The notes: generated by a model not told the origin, from the sequence alone. 64,000 bases of DNA from Candidatus Kaiserbacteria bacterium CG10_big_fil_rev_8_21_14_0_10_49_17 (GCA_002778575.1 PFBJ01000003.1:11057-75056), one strand, 5' to 3'. Shown: positions 11,011 through 21,256, numbered from the stretch's first letter. Numbers and translations are program-made.

Positions 11011-11364
11011 TTATACAAACTCAATAATTGCCTCAGAGCGAGCATCTGAACCGCTGGCACCGAGCTTTGTAATGCGCGTGTACCCGCCTGAGCGATCAGC
11101 ATACTTCGGTGCCACTGTTTCAACAAGCCTTACAACCGCATCGGACTCGCCTCCGAGTCGTTTCGCTACAAGTCGGCGAGAAAAGAGTGAGTTTTTATTG
11201 GCAAGCGTAATAAGACGTTCAATGAATGGTCGGAGCTCCTTTGCTTTTGCTTCGGTTGTCTTTATCCTCTCTTGGAGAATCAGAGCACGAGAAAGAGAAC
11301 GTAAAAGTGCCGTGCGTTGTTTACGCACTCGCCCAAATACACGTCCTTTCTTATGGTGCTTCAT
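11011..11364 (-). CDS. rplQ: 50S ribosomal protein L17
   Basis: IKTTEAKAKELR, RSGGYTRI. Confidence 0.97.
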   Translation of the reverse strand: MKHHKKGRVFGRVRKQRTALLRSLSRALILQERIKTTEAKAKELRPFIERLITLANKNSLFSRRLVAKRLGGESDAVVRLVETVAPKYADRSGGYTRITKLGASGSDARSEAIIEFV

Positions 11365-11369
11365 ATGGC

Positions 11370-12344
11370 TTATCGTAGCGTTACTCCGAAGTTTGAAAGT
11401 GAACGCTTAATTTCCTGGAGCCCTTTTTGCCCAAGACCTTCAAGCGCAAGGATGTCCTCCTCTCGTTTGCGAACAAGACCGCCGACTGTACGGATATTCG
11501 CATCAGTAAGCGCGTTGACGGTACGCGTTGAGAGCTCTAGTGAGTCTATACGCGTCTTGAGGAACTCCTTATCTATTTCCTGCGGGCGTTCCTCCTGCGA
11601 GCTTGCAATTGCCTCTTTCTCGTCTTCATCCTGCGGCAATTCGATTTCCTCCTCTTTAAAGCCGACAATTGCGCGCAGCTGATGAATCATAATATCGATT
11701 GAACGCTCGAGTGCTTCCTTTGAAGTGAGGGTTCCATCCGTCTCGATAAAAATACGGAGGCGATTAAAGTCAGTTCGGTCGCCAACACGCATGTTTTCAA
11801 CTTCGTAATTCACGCGACGAATAGGTGTAAAGACCGCATCAAGTGCAATTGCCCCGATATCGACTCGGTCCTTCTGGAGAATCTCTTTTGCGACATACCC
11901 GAGCCCTTGTTCAACCGTTAATTCCATTTCAAATGGAGTACCCTTTCCGGTCACCTCAACAATGTGCTGATCAGGATTAAGTATTTCAACTTGGCCCGGC
12001 GCATCTATATCTCCTGCTGTAACAGTTTTCGGTCCTTTAACTGAAAGCTTAAGCACTGCCGGCTCATCAGTGTTCATCTTAATGCGCACCTTTTTAAGGT
12101 TAAGAAGGATTGTTATCACGTCCTCCTTCACGCCTTCTATGGTTGAAAACTCGTGAGCGACACCCTCGATCTTAACTGAAGTAATCGCTGCGCCTGGAAG
12201 AGATGAGAGGATAATTCGGCGAAGCGAATTACCGAGTGTGTGGCCATATCCAGAGTGAAGGCCGTCAATCTCATACGTGCCAGAAAAGTCCTCTTCTGAC
12301 ACGATGCGTGGCTTGGATGGGAGCGCTACATTATAGTCCGACAT
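11370..12344 (-). CDS. rpoA: RNA polymerase alpha subunit
   Basis: GYGHTLGNSLRR, HEFSTIEGVKED, alpha-CTD LELSTRTVNAL. Confidence 0.98.
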   Translation of the reverse strand: MSDYNVALPSKPRIVSEEDFSGTYEIDGLHSGYGHTLGNSLRRIILSSLPGAAITSVKIEGVAHEFSTIEGVKEDVITILLNLKKVRIKMNTDEPAVLKLSVKGPKTVTAGDIDAPGQVEILNPDQHIVEVTGKGTPFEMELTVEQGLGYVAKEILQKDRVDIGAIALDAVFTPIRRVNYEVENMRVGDRTDFNRLRIFIETDGTLTSKEALERSIDIMIHQLRAIVGFKEEEIELPQDEDEKEAIASSQEERPQEIDKEFLKTRIDSLELSTRTVNALTDANIRTVGGLVRKREEDILALEGLGQKGLQEIKRSLSNFGVTLR

Positions 12345-12371
12345 AATAATTATATTAAAAGTGAATAAATA

Positions 12372-12986
12372 TTAACGACTGTAATACTCAAGTACTTGCG
12401 TAAGGTCAAAATGCGTATCTGGAGCGCTGTATTGTGGAAGCTCCTTGACGGACCCCGTTAACTTCTTTGCGTCAAATGAAACCCATGACGGCGCACTGTA
12501 ATCAGCAAGGCGCTCATGAAGTCCTGCAAAAACGGTTTTCTGAGCGCTGCCTGAACGAACGGTAATTGTCTCACCGGTACGGGTTGAATATGATGGAATA
12601 GTTACCTTTCGGCCGTTTACGCAAATGTGTCCGTGCGAGACAAGCTGGCGAGCCATACGCCGCGTCGGTGCAAGTCCAAGACGATACACAACCGAATCAA
12701 GACGCATCTCAAGCTTCCGGTAAAGTGTGGTGAGCGGGTCAGTACCGCGCGTTTTCAGCGCCTCAGTGACATACCGAGTAAGCTGCTTTTCAGAAATACC
12801 ATAGGTGTACCGCACCTTCTGCTTTTCAAGCAACTGCCTGCCGAAGTCTGAAAGAGCCCGCGGGCGTCGGCCGGTGCGTGCATTTTTTCGGCGTGCCTCT
12901 GAGAGCGCAAACTTTTGACTCTGTGTTTTTTCAAACACTTCCGCTCCCAGACGTTTCGCAATTTTATATTTTGATTTAACTATCAT
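12372..12986 (-). CDS. rpsD: 30S ribosomal protein S4
   Basis: [32 protein letters not shown]; start set at MIVKSK (12986). Confidence 0.97.
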   Translation of the reverse strand: MIVKSKYKIAKRLGAEVFEKTQSQKFALSEARRKNARTGRRPRALSDFGRQLLEKQKVRYTYGISEKQLTRYVTEALKTRGTDPLTTLYRKLEMRLDSVVYRLGLAPTRRMARQLVSHGHICVNGRKVTIPSYSTRTGETITVRSGSAQKTVFAGLHERLADYSAPSWVSFDAKKLTGSVKELPQYSAPDTHFDLTQVLEYYSR

Positions 12987-12990
12987 ATTT

Positions 12991-13425
12991 CTATACTCGT
13001 CGCGGCTTCGGCGGTCGCGGACCGTTAAACGGTACAGGTGTTGTGTCCTGAATCTTAGTAACTCCGATACCCTTCCCCGCGAAACCTCGCAATGCTGACT
13101 CGCGGCCAGACCCCACACCCTTAATAACAACCTCTACATTCTTTACTCCTATTGAAGCGGCTTTTTCACCAACGAGCTCGCCAACCTTTGCCGCTGCAAA
13201 CGGGGTACCCTTTCGGGCGCCCTTAAATCCAAGAGCGCCGCTTGATGACCACGCAACGGCGCCTCCAGCCGTGTCAGTGAGAACTACTTTCGTATTATTG
13301 TATGTTGCCTCAATATGAAGACGGCCGGTATCCATCTTTCGTTTTATTGTACGCGCCAACGATCGAGATTTTAGTCCCTCATTTACCTGGCCGCCGCTTT
13401 TTTTGATGATTCTCTTCTTTCCCAT
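12991..13425 (-). CDS. rpsK: 30S ribosomal protein S11
   Basis: [34 protein letters not shown]. Confidence 0.97.
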   Translation of the reverse strand: MGKKRIIKKSGGQVNEGLKSRSLARTIKRKMDTGRLHIEATYNNTKVVLTDTAGGAVAWSSSGALGFKGARKGTPFAAAKVGELVGEKAASIGVKNVEVVIKGVGSGRESALRGFAGKGIGVTKIQDTTPVPFNGPRPPKPRRV

Positions 13426-13426
13426 A

Positions 13427-13807
13427 CTACTTCTTCTCTACCTTACGGCGTCCGGATGTCATAGTCTTTCGAACATTTCCTCGAACGGTGCGAGAATTTG
13501 TCTTCGTTCGCTGGCCGCGGCTTGGGAGCTGTCGTGCATGCCGTGAGCCACGGTACGCGGCTATGTCTTTCAACCGTTTTATATTTCCACTTTTCTCGCG
13601 CTTCAGTTCTCCTTCAATCGTAAAACTCTCTACCCGCTCTCGAATTGCATTCTCCTCGTCTGTGGAAAGGTCTTTTGGACGCTTTCCAGCATCAATATGT
13701 AAACTATTAAGAATTTCAAGCGCACGCGGGCGGCCAACACCGTATAGTGCGGTGAGACCTATTTCCAGACGCTTGTCCTCCGGGATTGTAATTCCAGCAA
13801 TGCGCAT
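13427..13807 (-). CDS. rpsM: 30S ribosomal protein S13
   Basis: RIAG..IP..KR, YRGSRH, RGQRTKTNSRT. Confidence 0.97.
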   Translation of the reverse strand: MRIAGITIPEDKRLEIGLTALYGVGRPRALEILNSLHIDAGKRPKDLSTDEENAIRERVESFTIEGELKREKSGNIKRLKDIAAYRGSRHARQLPSRGQRTKTNSRTVRGNVRKTMTSGRRKVEKK

Positions 13808-13809
13808 AC

Positions 13810-13923
13810 TTATCCTTGCCGCTGTTTATGCCGAGGGTTACTGCACAATACATAGAGCCGCCCTTTGCGGCGTACTGTCTTGCAATTGCTGCAGATTGGC
13901 TTAACAGATGCTTTAACTTTCAT
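13810..13923 (-). CDS. rpmJ: 50S ribosomal protein L36 (Zn-binding form); below the ORF-track cutoff
   Basis: Translated by hand: [37 protein letters not shown]; canonical position between infA and rpsM. Confidence 0.97.
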   Translation of the reverse strand: MKVKASVKPICSNCKTVRRKGRLYVLCSNPRHKQRQG

Positions 13924-13980
13924 ATGACAAACAGAAAAAAGCGCTGTATGCGTAGAGGGCCTAGAACTCAATCGTAATCT

Positions 13981-14199
13981 CTACAAGCGCCTCACGATAC
14001 GACCTTTTCCGCCGTACGGCTCGAGCTCCACTGCTACTGTGTCGCCAACGAGCACTTTAATTCGATGCATCCGCATCTTTCCTGAAAGGTAGGTGAGGAT
14101 TTGCTCCCCATTTTCAAGTGTCACCCGAAAAAGCGTATTCGGCAGGGCCTCGTCGACCGTACCGTTGACTGCTTCGGGTTTGCTTTTATCCTCTACCAT
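13981..14199 (-). CDS. infA: Translation initiation factor IF-1
   Basis: [24 protein letters not shown]. Confidence 0.96.
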   Translation of the reverse strand: MVEDKSKPEAVNGTVDEALPNTLFRVTLENGEQILTYLSGKMRMHRIKVLVGDTVAVELEPYGGKGRIVRRL

Positions 14200-14243
14200 C
14201 AGGCTCTCGTATCCTACCAGCGCTCTTTCCAATCGTCAAGTCG

Positions 14244-15497
14244 CTACTTGGTTAATTCAAGCGTTATGTCCGATGGATCATCAGGAAATGTTCCTCGCCA
14301 AAACGGGCGGAGGATAACCTCAGCTTTCTCAATACTTGGGTAACCTGAAAGAATAGTCGGCAGAGCCCCTTTCGCTTTCCCAGCAAGATCACGCAGAAGT
14401 TGGTCAGTATCAAATAGCCACGTTAGTGTTGTGTTGCCGGAAAGTGAAAAAGCAAACTCGTCAGCCTCCCACGGCTTTGCACCATCAGCAACTGTAAGAC
14501 TGAGCGCTGAAACGTCCGCACTGACCGAGTCGTCGCTTTTAAATTCAGCTATTGTATTCCGAGCAAGAAATGACGCGAATTCTCCCTCTGGGAAAAGTAC
14601 GGCATAGAGGGTGCCGCTTTGAATAAGACGCGCTCCATCGCCGTCAGCTACTGCCCGTGTTTCGGAATATTCAATCATCGTTGCGCCAGAAACCAATACA
14701 AATCCGTCTGGAATTTGATTCACGATTGATGAGAGGAGCGCCGACTCAAGTGCCTCCTTTAATTCCGCGGTCTTTGCTTCCTTCACGGATTCATCAACTA
14801 CCGCTTGCACACCGACAAATCCTCCAGTGATAGGCGTTTTGCTTCGGGCGTAGAAATGGTCGTATCGGTCATCACCTTTCAGTCCTGGAATTGTAAAATC
14901 AGTCAGTCCGGTGTTGTATTCCTCGCCGGGTTCGTCTGCAAATACTTCTACTTCAATACTTCCCGGCACAACAGCTCCGTTTTCGGTCTTCTGTCCCGGA
15001 ACTGTAACCGACTCTTCAATACGGTAAATACGCCCGTCTGGAGATTCAAATCGAGTGTTTTTTATCAATCGCTGTGGTGTTTTGCTGTAGTCATTGTAAA
15101 TAACGATAAAACCGCTGGCTTTATTCTCAACCTCTTCTTCGCCCGTTGCCTCCACAGTCACTGATTCCTCTTGTGTAATTGTGGCAATTTCATAACCTAA
15201 TTCCTCAAAGCCTGGGTTTTTATACGCACGAAACGTTCCTTCAACAAAACTGCTTCGCTCTTTTGGAGTTACGACAATTTTGGCTCCTGAAAATACATAT
15301 GAAAGGCCGAGCGCGAGCGCTGCCACAGAAATAAGCGCCACAAGCCAGAGACCCCATCGGCTTTTCCGCGCAGAATGCCCATTCGCACTGTCCGCGGCAA
15401 CTCTTTGTGCCCGCATCGGGCGGCGAGAGTCTGAAACTGTCACCTTTCGAATTGACCGCTTCTCTGGTGGTACGATATCTTCTGCATCATTCGCCAT
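14244..15497 (-). CDS. Single-TM protein with a large extracytoplasmic domain (baseplate-J-like region), CPR-conserved hypothetical
   Basis: Basic N-terminus, one TM helix, KASG.I.IYN / TRF.S.DG / V.ADEPGEEYN / ITGG pattern. Confidence 0.7.
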   Translation of the reverse strand: MANDAEDIVPPEKRSIRKVTVSDSRRPMRAQRVAADSANGHSARKSRWGLWLVALISVAALALGLSYVFSGAKIVVTPKERSSFVEGTFRAYKNPGFEELGYEIATITQEESVTVEATGEEEVENKASGFIVIYNDYSKTPQRLIKNTRFESPDGRIYRIEESVTVPGQKTENGAVVPGSIEVEVFADEPGEEYNTGLTDFTIPGLKGDDRYDHFYARSKTPITGGFVGVQAVVDESVKEAKTAELKEALESALLSSIVNQIPDGFVLVSGATMIEYSETRAVADGDGARLIQSGTLYAVLFPEGEFASFLARNTIAEFKSDDSVSADVSALSLTVADGAKPWEADEFAFSLSGNTTLTWLFDTDQLLRDLAGKAKGALPTILSGYPSIEKAEVILRPFWRGTFPDDPSDITLELTK

Positions 15498-15507
15498 AGT
15501 CACTCTA

Positions 15508-16707
15508 CTATACCACAGGTTTATTTTTTTCAACCGCTCTTATTCGTTTGGCAAACAGGGCCCCAACCGCAAGAAATGGGTCTTCTTTTACGCTCTTACC
15601 CTTAAACGTGCAGAATTCACAGATCCGATTCGCTGTTAAAAGTTCCGGTGAAAATGCCTCACCAGTCAGTGTAAATGCTCCAAAATCAATTCGTGAGGTA
15701 AGTTCCGCCAACCACAACCCGATTGAGCCGTCACACGCCAGAAGCAGGAAATTTGGCAGTCGTTTTGTCTCTGAAAGCTTGCCGACTGATGACCCGAATT
15801 GCTTTATCCACTTCTGCGCGACTGTCTCGATGCTCTTTTGCACCGTAGAGTCTTCTTTCTGTGTTCCAGACACGCCAAGCGAGAGTCTCGATAGCGACTC
15901 TTCCGGAGTTGTTCCAAGAAGTTCTGCCAAATCGCGGGCAATTGAATGCTTGCCGTACGGAAATGTTACATAATTTGAAAGTATATCTCCGCGGACAACA
16001 CCGATATCCGACACCTCCCCCGTCACATCCATTAGTAGGAAGTCTGATTGCTCGAATACGTCTCGTGCGGTGAGGAAAAACGGGAGAATGAATGAATTGT
16101 AGGAAACAGCCGTCTCCCCAAACTGTTCATCAAATACCCGCTCAAGCGAAGAGTGAAATGCGGTGTCCATATACCCCACCGCAAGGGATAGCGCGATGTG
16201 TTTCGCTTTCTTCTTCTCGGGATTCGCCGTCGGGTATCCGTTTAGCAATACCTGCATCGAAAACTCTTCCGTCTGATCCACGCCGGCCGCAGTCTCTGCA
16301 GCTTTTTCAACGATTTCAGCGCGGGCGCTCTCCAGCAGGGTTTTAATATACGCATCAGTAATGTCTTTCGGCTCATCGTGCTTTGCTTCAATTGACGCTG
16401 TTTCAATGTGCACCCACGGCGACGCGGACATGCATACAATTCTTGAAAATTGATTCACCTGCTCATCGGCAAGCGCTTTGATAAGACGCTCTGATACCAC
16501 CCGGACTGTCTCTGCTGTCTTCTTTTCAAGCGTCTTTGCGTCAAGCACTTCAGTTAGCGTAAGCGGTACTCGTGTTGTGTATGTAATGTGCGGTTGTGTA
16601 TCACCGTCTAACACTACCAGTGCACCCGCGACCGAAGCGCTCCCAATATCAAATAATGCGACGTACTCTCGCATTTCTTTTTTATTTCGGTGGAGAAACA
16701 CAAACAT
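15508..16707 (-). CDS. FtsA/PilM-like actin-fold protein
   Basis: FDIGSASV phosphate-1 motif, LNGY, MDVTGEVSDI degenerate phosphate-2 motif, FPYGKH; TATACT 7 nt upstream supports the 16707 start. Confidence 0.72.
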   Translation of the reverse strand: MFVFLHRNKKEMREYVALFDIGSASVAGALVVLDGDTQPHITYTTRVPLTLTEVLDAKTLEKKTAETVRVVSERLIKALADEQVNQFSRIVCMSASPWVHIETASIEAKHDEPKDITDAYIKTLLESARAEIVEKAAETAAGVDQTEEFSMQVLLNGYPTANPEKKKAKHIALSLAVGYMDTAFHSSLERVFDEQFGETAVSYNSFILPFFLTARDVFEQSDFLLMDVTGEVSDIGVVRGDILSNYVTFPYGKHSIARDLAELLGTTPEESLSRLSLGVSGTQKEDSTVQKSIETVAQKWIKQFGSSVGKLSETKRLPNFLLLACDGSIGLWLAELTSRIDFGAFTLTGEAFSPELLTANRICEFCTFKGKSVKEDPFLAVGALFAKRIRAVEKNKPVV

Positions 16708-16748
16708 TCTCTACAGTATACGGTCTACGTATCGAATTGCACAGATAA

Positions 16749-18623
16749 TTATTCCAGTACTGCCTTTACGCGGCGCACGCCAGCTGACGATGATTCCTCC
16801 TTCACGATTTTAAATACGCCGGTAATTTCATTCGTATTTGATACATGCGGTCCACCGCAGAGCTCGCGAGACCACACCACCCCATTGGCGTCTCGTAGCG
16901 TATACACTTTAACTACCTCCGGATATTTCTCCCAGAAGCTCCCCTCGACGCCCTCAGCTTTTGCTTGTTCCTTTGGCATTTCCTCAATTGTCATTTCTGC
17001 CTGCGCCTTGATTGCGTCATTGACATACTGTTCAACCTTATCGAGCGTCTCTCGGTCTACTTTTTCAGGATACGTAAAGTCAAAACGCGTACGTTCGGTA
17101 GTAATATTTGATCCCGCCTGGTGCACATCCTCACCGAGGTATTTTCGCAGTCCTGCAAGCAGTAGGTGTGTTGCGCTGTGGTACATGGTTGTCTTCTCTC
17201 CGCCGTCGGCGAGTCCGCCCTTAAATTTCTGCTCCGCTCCCGCACGCGAGAGCGCTTGGTGCTTCTCCATTTCGCTGCGAAACCCCTCCATATCGACAGT
17301 GATGCCCCTCTCAGCAGCAAGCTCGAGCGTCAGTTCAATTGGAAAACCGTGTGTTGTAAAGAGAACAAACGCATCACGTCCAGAAATATTCTCACCGGAG
17401 CGCTTTTCAAATTCTTTAAGTCCGCGCTCGACTGTTTTTCTGAATCGCGCCTCTTCTTCTTCAATATTTTTCTGTATTACGTCTTTCTGCGCGCGCAGAT
17501 TTGGATACTGCGCTTCGTACTGCTGTATCACAATTGGCACGAGAGTGTGGAGCGTATGCGGCTCCATTTCGAGCGTATCCATCTTCAGTACAGCTCTCCG
17601 CAGTAGCCGTCGAACAAAATACCCTTGCTCTGTATTTGACGGAACGACACCGTCTCCAATCATAAATACCGCCCCGCGAAAGTGGTCCGCAACAATTCGA
17701 AATGCCGCGCTTTCTTCCTCATTTTCACCGTACACTTTACCGGAAAGCGATTCGATTTCAGTAATAATGCCGTAGAGAGAGTCAATGCAAAACACATCTG
17801 AGACATCATTCGCAGCTGCAACAATTCGCTCGAGCCCTCCGCCGAAATCGACATTTTGCTGTGGCAGCTTTTCAAATGAACCGTCGCTTTTTTTAATGTA
17901 CTCCATAAAAACAGAGTTGCCGATTTCCATAAAACGCCCGCAATCGCAATTCGGGTGGCAGTGCTCGCCGAATGCCGTGTCGTGTGCTGTTCCAAAGTCA
18001 TAAAAAACCTCGGAATCCGGACCACCGGGCTCCCCCGCCGGCATTTTCTCCGGAGTCCCAGAGCGACTCCACCAATTTTTCTTTGCCTCATAGGCAAATA
18101 TGCGCTCCCCTTCCCGCATGCCGCGCGCATACCCGTCTGCCTCAGTTCCTATATCGACGGCAATCGCGTCAATTCCCTCTTCCTTAAAGATGCGCTTCCA
18201 TATCTCAATTGATTCTTCATCTTTTGTTATGCCGAGTTTCTCATCGCCGCTAAATACCGTGACGTAAAGTTTTTGCGGGTCAAGACCGATTTCCTTTGTA
18301 AGAAATTCAAAAAACCACGGTAACTGTTCTGACTTGAAATAGTCACCGAGCGACCAGTTGCCAAGCATTTCAAAAAAGGTTGTGTGGCGATTGTCACCAA
18401 CCTCTTCTATATCTTCTGCTCGAAATGATTTTTGTGAATCAACAAGACGCACACCGGATGGATGTTTTTCTCCCAGTAGGTACGGCAGAAGCGGCTGCAT
18501 GCCGGAACTGGTGAAAAGTGTTGTCGGATCATTCTCCGGCACGAGCGGCGCTGACGGTATTTCACTATGCTCTCGCGCTTTAAAAAATTCGAGATATGTG
18601 TGGCGAACTTCCGCTGTTGTCAT
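16749..18623 (-). CDS. alaS: Alanyl-tRNA synthetase, short form lacking the C-Ala domain
   Basis: DPTTLFTSSGMQ, HTTFFEMLGNWS, editing motifs HSATH and ELCGGPHV; ends at GVRRVKA. Confidence 0.96.
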   Translation of the reverse strand: MTTAEVRHTYLEFFKAREHSEIPSAPLVPENDPTTLFTSSGMQPLLPYLLGEKHPSGVRLVDSQKSFRAEDIEEVGDNRHTTFFEMLGNWSLGDYFKSEQLPWFFEFLTKEIGLDPQKLYVTVFSGDEKLGITKDEESIEIWKRIFKEEGIDAIAVDIGTEADGYARGMREGERIFAYEAKKNWWSRSGTPEKMPAGEPGGPDSEVFYDFGTAHDTAFGEHCHPNCDCGRFMEIGNSVFMEYIKKSDGSFEKLPQQNVDFGGGLERIVAAANDVSDVFCIDSLYGIITEIESLSGKVYGENEEESAAFRIVADHFRGAVFMIGDGVVPSNTEQGYFVRRLLRRAVLKMDTLEMEPHTLHTLVPIVIQQYEAQYPNLRAQKDVIQKNIEEEEARFRKTVERGLKEFEKRSGENISGRDAFVLFTTHGFPIELTLELAAERGITVDMEGFRSEMEKHQALSRAGAEQKFKGGLADGGEKTTMYHSATHLLLAGLRKYLGEDVHQAGSNITTERTRFDFTYPEKVDRETLDKVEQYVNDAIKAQAEMTIEEMPKEQAKAEGVEGSFWEKYPEVVKVYTLRDANGVVWSRELCGGPHVSNTNEITGVFKIVKEESSSAGVRRVKAVLE

Positions 18624-18877
18624 TGAATAATTTCTATTAGCTGAAATGCGCCAGAGCTCCACGGCGTAAAGCCGTAAAAGAGAACCTCAAGCGTATACCC
18701 AAGTACCATAAACAAAATACCAAGAAGCGCCAAATTTCTCTCTCGCCGCATTTCATTGAGCACCTTCCGGTCTATTCTGTGCTCTTTTACAATGCGCCAG
18801 TGCACCATTACGACCGTAAGGCCGAGTATAATCTTTCCGACAGTGCCTATGGTAAGTCCCCAAAATAGCAGTGACAT
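18620..18877 (-). CDS. Small two-TM hypothetical protein
   Basis: Two hydrophobic helices; ATGA overlap with alaS; TGGTATACT 6 nt upstream. Confidence 0.75.
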   Translation of the reverse strand: MSLLFWGLTIGTVGKIILGLTVVMVHWRIVKEHRIDRKVLNEMRRERNLALLGILFMVLGYTLEVLFYGFTPWSSGAFQLIEIIQ

Positions 18878-18883
18878 GTCTGC

Positions 18884-18918
18884 AGTATACCATTTTTAAC
18901 TGCACAAAATGGTATACT
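18884..18918. promoter_or_regulatory. Back-to-back divergent extended -10 promoters (TGGTATACT on each strand)
   Basis: agtatacca at 18884-18892 and tggtatact at 18910-18918, 6 and 9 nt from the divergent ATGs. Confidence 0.65.
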
Positions 18919-18927
18919 CGCCACTAT

Positions 18928-20193
18928 ATGATGCAATTACATTCAAAAACACTGCCAAACAAACTACGAATCCGAGTGGTCGAGATGCCAGGGAGCAACG
19001 CCGTCACATCGCTTGTTCTTGTCGGGGCGGGCTCGCGGTATGAAGAAAAGGAAATTTCCGGAATATCGCATTTTCTCGAGCACATGTTTTTTAAGGGCGG
19101 AGAAATATACACAACTCCAAAAATGGTAAGCGAGACTATAGACGCACTCGGCGCTGAATGTAACGCATTTACCAGTAAGGAATTCGTTGGGTATTACGTA
19201 AAGAGCGGAAAGCGCCATCTGGATACGAGCCTCGACGTGCTCAGTGACATGCTTATTTCCGCAAAGTTTCCTCCGGAAGAAATAGAAAAGGAGAGGGGCG
19301 TTATTCTTGAAGAAATGGCGATGTACCTTGATTTGCCTATGTATCAGGTCGGGTGGGATTTTGAAAATCTTCTTTTTGGAGACCAGCCTATCGGCCGAGA
19401 TGAAATCGGAACAAAAGAGCTTATCACAACTGTTACGCAACAGGACTTTTTTGACTATAAGAACGCGCTCTACACGCCTGAGAATACAGTCATTATTCTG
19501 GCGGGCGCTGTCACCGAATCCGATATCGCACGAATAGAAAAGCACTTTGCATTCGAAAATGGCGTACGGAGCAAAAATGCGCTTGCATACGATCCGGCTC
19601 TTGCGAGCGAGCGCTTCTCAATTCGGATACGCCCGACTGAGCAGTACCACCTCCACTTCGGCGTCGTTGGACTCTCTCTGCGCGACGAGCGGTATCCAGT
19701 GCAGCTTCTGCTTTCAACGATACTCGGCGGAAACATGTCCTCACGAATGTTCCAACACGTCCGTGAAGCGCTTGGTCTGTGCTACTCCATCCGCACCAGC
19801 TCAACTGGCTACACCGATGTCGGTGTTCTTACCACTCGTGCGGGCGTAAAACTTGGAAAAGTTCATGATGCTCTTGCGGCAATTCGGTACGAGTACGACC
19901 GCGCGGCGCAGGAAGGAGTTACAGAAGAAGAACTGCGAAAAGCGCAGAGCTACCTGTGCGGAAAAGAAGATCTTCAGACCGAGGACACGGAGCAGGTAGC
20001 ACTCCACTACGGGCTCAATCAGCTTCTTCATGAACGCGATGAAAGCTTCGAGGATTTAAAGAAAAAAATAAATGCGGTCACAACAGACCAGCTCAATAGT
20101 CTTGCCACGGAGTTATTTGCGCCAGAGCGTTACAATCTTGCACTTATTGGACCGGACATAGACGACGCCAAGGCCCGTGAAGCTATTTCCTAG
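18928..20193 (+). CDS. M16 family (pitrilysin-like) zinc peptidase
   Basis: GSRYE, HFLEH (HXXEH), NAFT, SSRMFQ.VRE..GLCY. Confidence 0.93.
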   Translation: MMQLHSKTLPNKLRIRVVEMPGSNAVTSLVLVGAGSRYEEKEISGISHFLEHMFFKGGEIYTTPKMVSETIDALGAECNAFTSKEFVGYYVKSGKRHLDTSLDVLSDMLISAKFPPEEIEKERGVILEEMAMYLDLPMYQVGWDFENLLFGDQPIGRDEIGTKELITTVTQQDFFDYKNALYTPENTVIILAGAVTESDIARIEKHFAFENGVRSKNALAYDPALASERFSIRIRPTEQYHLHFGVVGLSLRDERYPVQLLLSTILGGNMSSRMFQHVREALGLCYSIRTSSTGYTDVGVLTTRAGVKLGKVHDALAAIRYEYDRAAQEGVTEEELRKAQSYLCGKEDLQTEDTEQVALHYGLNQLLHERDESFEDLKKKINAVTTDQLNSLATELFAPERYNLALIGPDIDDAKAREAIS

Positions 20194-20612
20194 TGAAGCG
20201 TAATGAGGAGCGCTCCGGCTACCATAAGAAGTGCCCCAAGAAGCGCTTTCCACCCAAGCGCTTCACCCAGAAACAGTGCCGCAAGGAGTACGACAAAAAC
20301 AATTGAGAGCCGGTCAATAGCGACGACGCCTGTCGCTTGGCCTGTTTTTAATGCAAAGAAATAGAAAAGCCACGAAAGCGCACCCGCAATACCTGCCGCG
20401 AGTATAAGGAGCCACTCCCGCGAGCCAAGACCGATAATGGAAAAGCCGTCAAATTTTTTCAGAAACACACTGACAATGACAAGAAAGCCGGCCATGATAA
20501 TAGCCCGAATTGTCGTTGCAAGCGTCGAGTCAAGGTTTTGCAGCCCAAGTTTTGCAAAAATTGCAACCAGCGCCGCCATGAGTGCCGAGAGAAATGCATA
20601 GAGAAGCCACAT
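20190..20612 (-). CDS. EamA/DMT family transporter (single repeat)
   Basis: AIFAKLG, LATTIR, SWLFYF.ALK.G, IDRLS, LFLGE. Confidence 0.9.
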   Translation of the reverse strand: MWLLYAFLSALMAALVAIFAKLGLQNLDSTLATTIRAIIMAGFLVIVSVFLKKFDGFSIIGLGSREWLLILAAGIAGALSWLFYFFALKTGQATGVVAIDRLSIVFVVLLAALFLGEALGWKALLGALLMVAGALLITLH

Positions 20613-20621
20613 ATGTATATC

Positions 20622-21197
20622 TTATCGCAACGATTCAAGGAAACTCTTATACTCGTCGAATGTTTCGTTTAGACGGACTCGAAGCGGATGTTCGCCCAGT
20701 TTCTCAGAGATAATAGCAACGAGTGCGCCATATACGTATATTCTGTCATCAATGTTTCCTGAGAACTGATTCTTAAAATCATCGGGATGCCCGCTGAATT
20801 CCCTGATAGCATTTGAAAAATTATGTATCTTATCCGCTGCAGCGACAATAGCAGACTCCAGTGGGGCTTTTTGTAAATTTTCCCCATACGCTCGGCGGCT
20901 CTTTTCCCACTCAGTTGCGCCTATCGCTTGCGGAATCGTAACACCAAGTACGATGTTCTTCACTCGCGCGCCGAATTCTTCTTCTATCTCTTCAGGCAAA
21001 ATATTCGTGTCTTCCACTATGTCGTGGAGGAGCGCGGCAATAATGACATCTTCTTCAGTGCAGTATTCGCTCACTATCCACGCAACTGACACGAGGTGGG
21101 TGATGTAGGGGGTCTTCTTTTCTCCTTTCCTATACTGCCCCTCGTGCACTCTGGCAACTTTTTCAAGCGCTTTCTCAATTTCAGGAGTGAAATGCAT
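20622..21197 (-). CDS. HD-domain protein, small alarmone hydrolase (Mesh1/SpoT-HD-like)
   Basis: H.GQ.RK, PYITH, AALLHDIVED, ADKIHN. Confidence 0.85.
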   Translation of the reverse strand: MHFTPEIEKALEKVARVHEGQYRKGEKKTPYITHLVSVAWIVSEYCTEEDVIIAALLHDIVEDTNILPEEIEEEFGARVKNIVLGVTIPQAIGATEWEKSRRAYGENLQKAPLESAIVAAADKIHNFSNAIREFSGHPDDFKNQFSGNIDDRIYVYGALVAIISEKLGEHPLRVRLNETFDEYKSFLESLR

Positions 21198-21256
21198 ATA
21201 TAGAGAGCATCATACCATACGCAATGAATGACTTGAGAATGGTGTACACTGCCCGT

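Noticed and set aside
12987-13130. N-terminal extensions in the ORF track (rpsD; also aspS, alaS, uvrB, the RND adaptor and the ORFs starting at 44618 and 52901)
   Set aside because: They overlap neighbouring genes, terminators or promoters; downstream ATGs fit the family starts and the -10 spacing.
14244-15497. Baseplate-J-like gene as evidence of a prophage or tailocin
   Set aside because: It has a TM anchor, sits among housekeeping genes, and no other phage structural genes are present.
16690-17775. 361-aa plus-strand ORF and many other long antisense ORFs
   Set aside because: They are shadow ORFs opposite well-supported genes such as alaS, with Ser-rich composition and no motifs.
16749-18623. 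Short alaS as a pseudogene
   Set aside because: The frame is intact with catalytic and editing motifs, and C-Ala-less AlaRS is a known reduced form.
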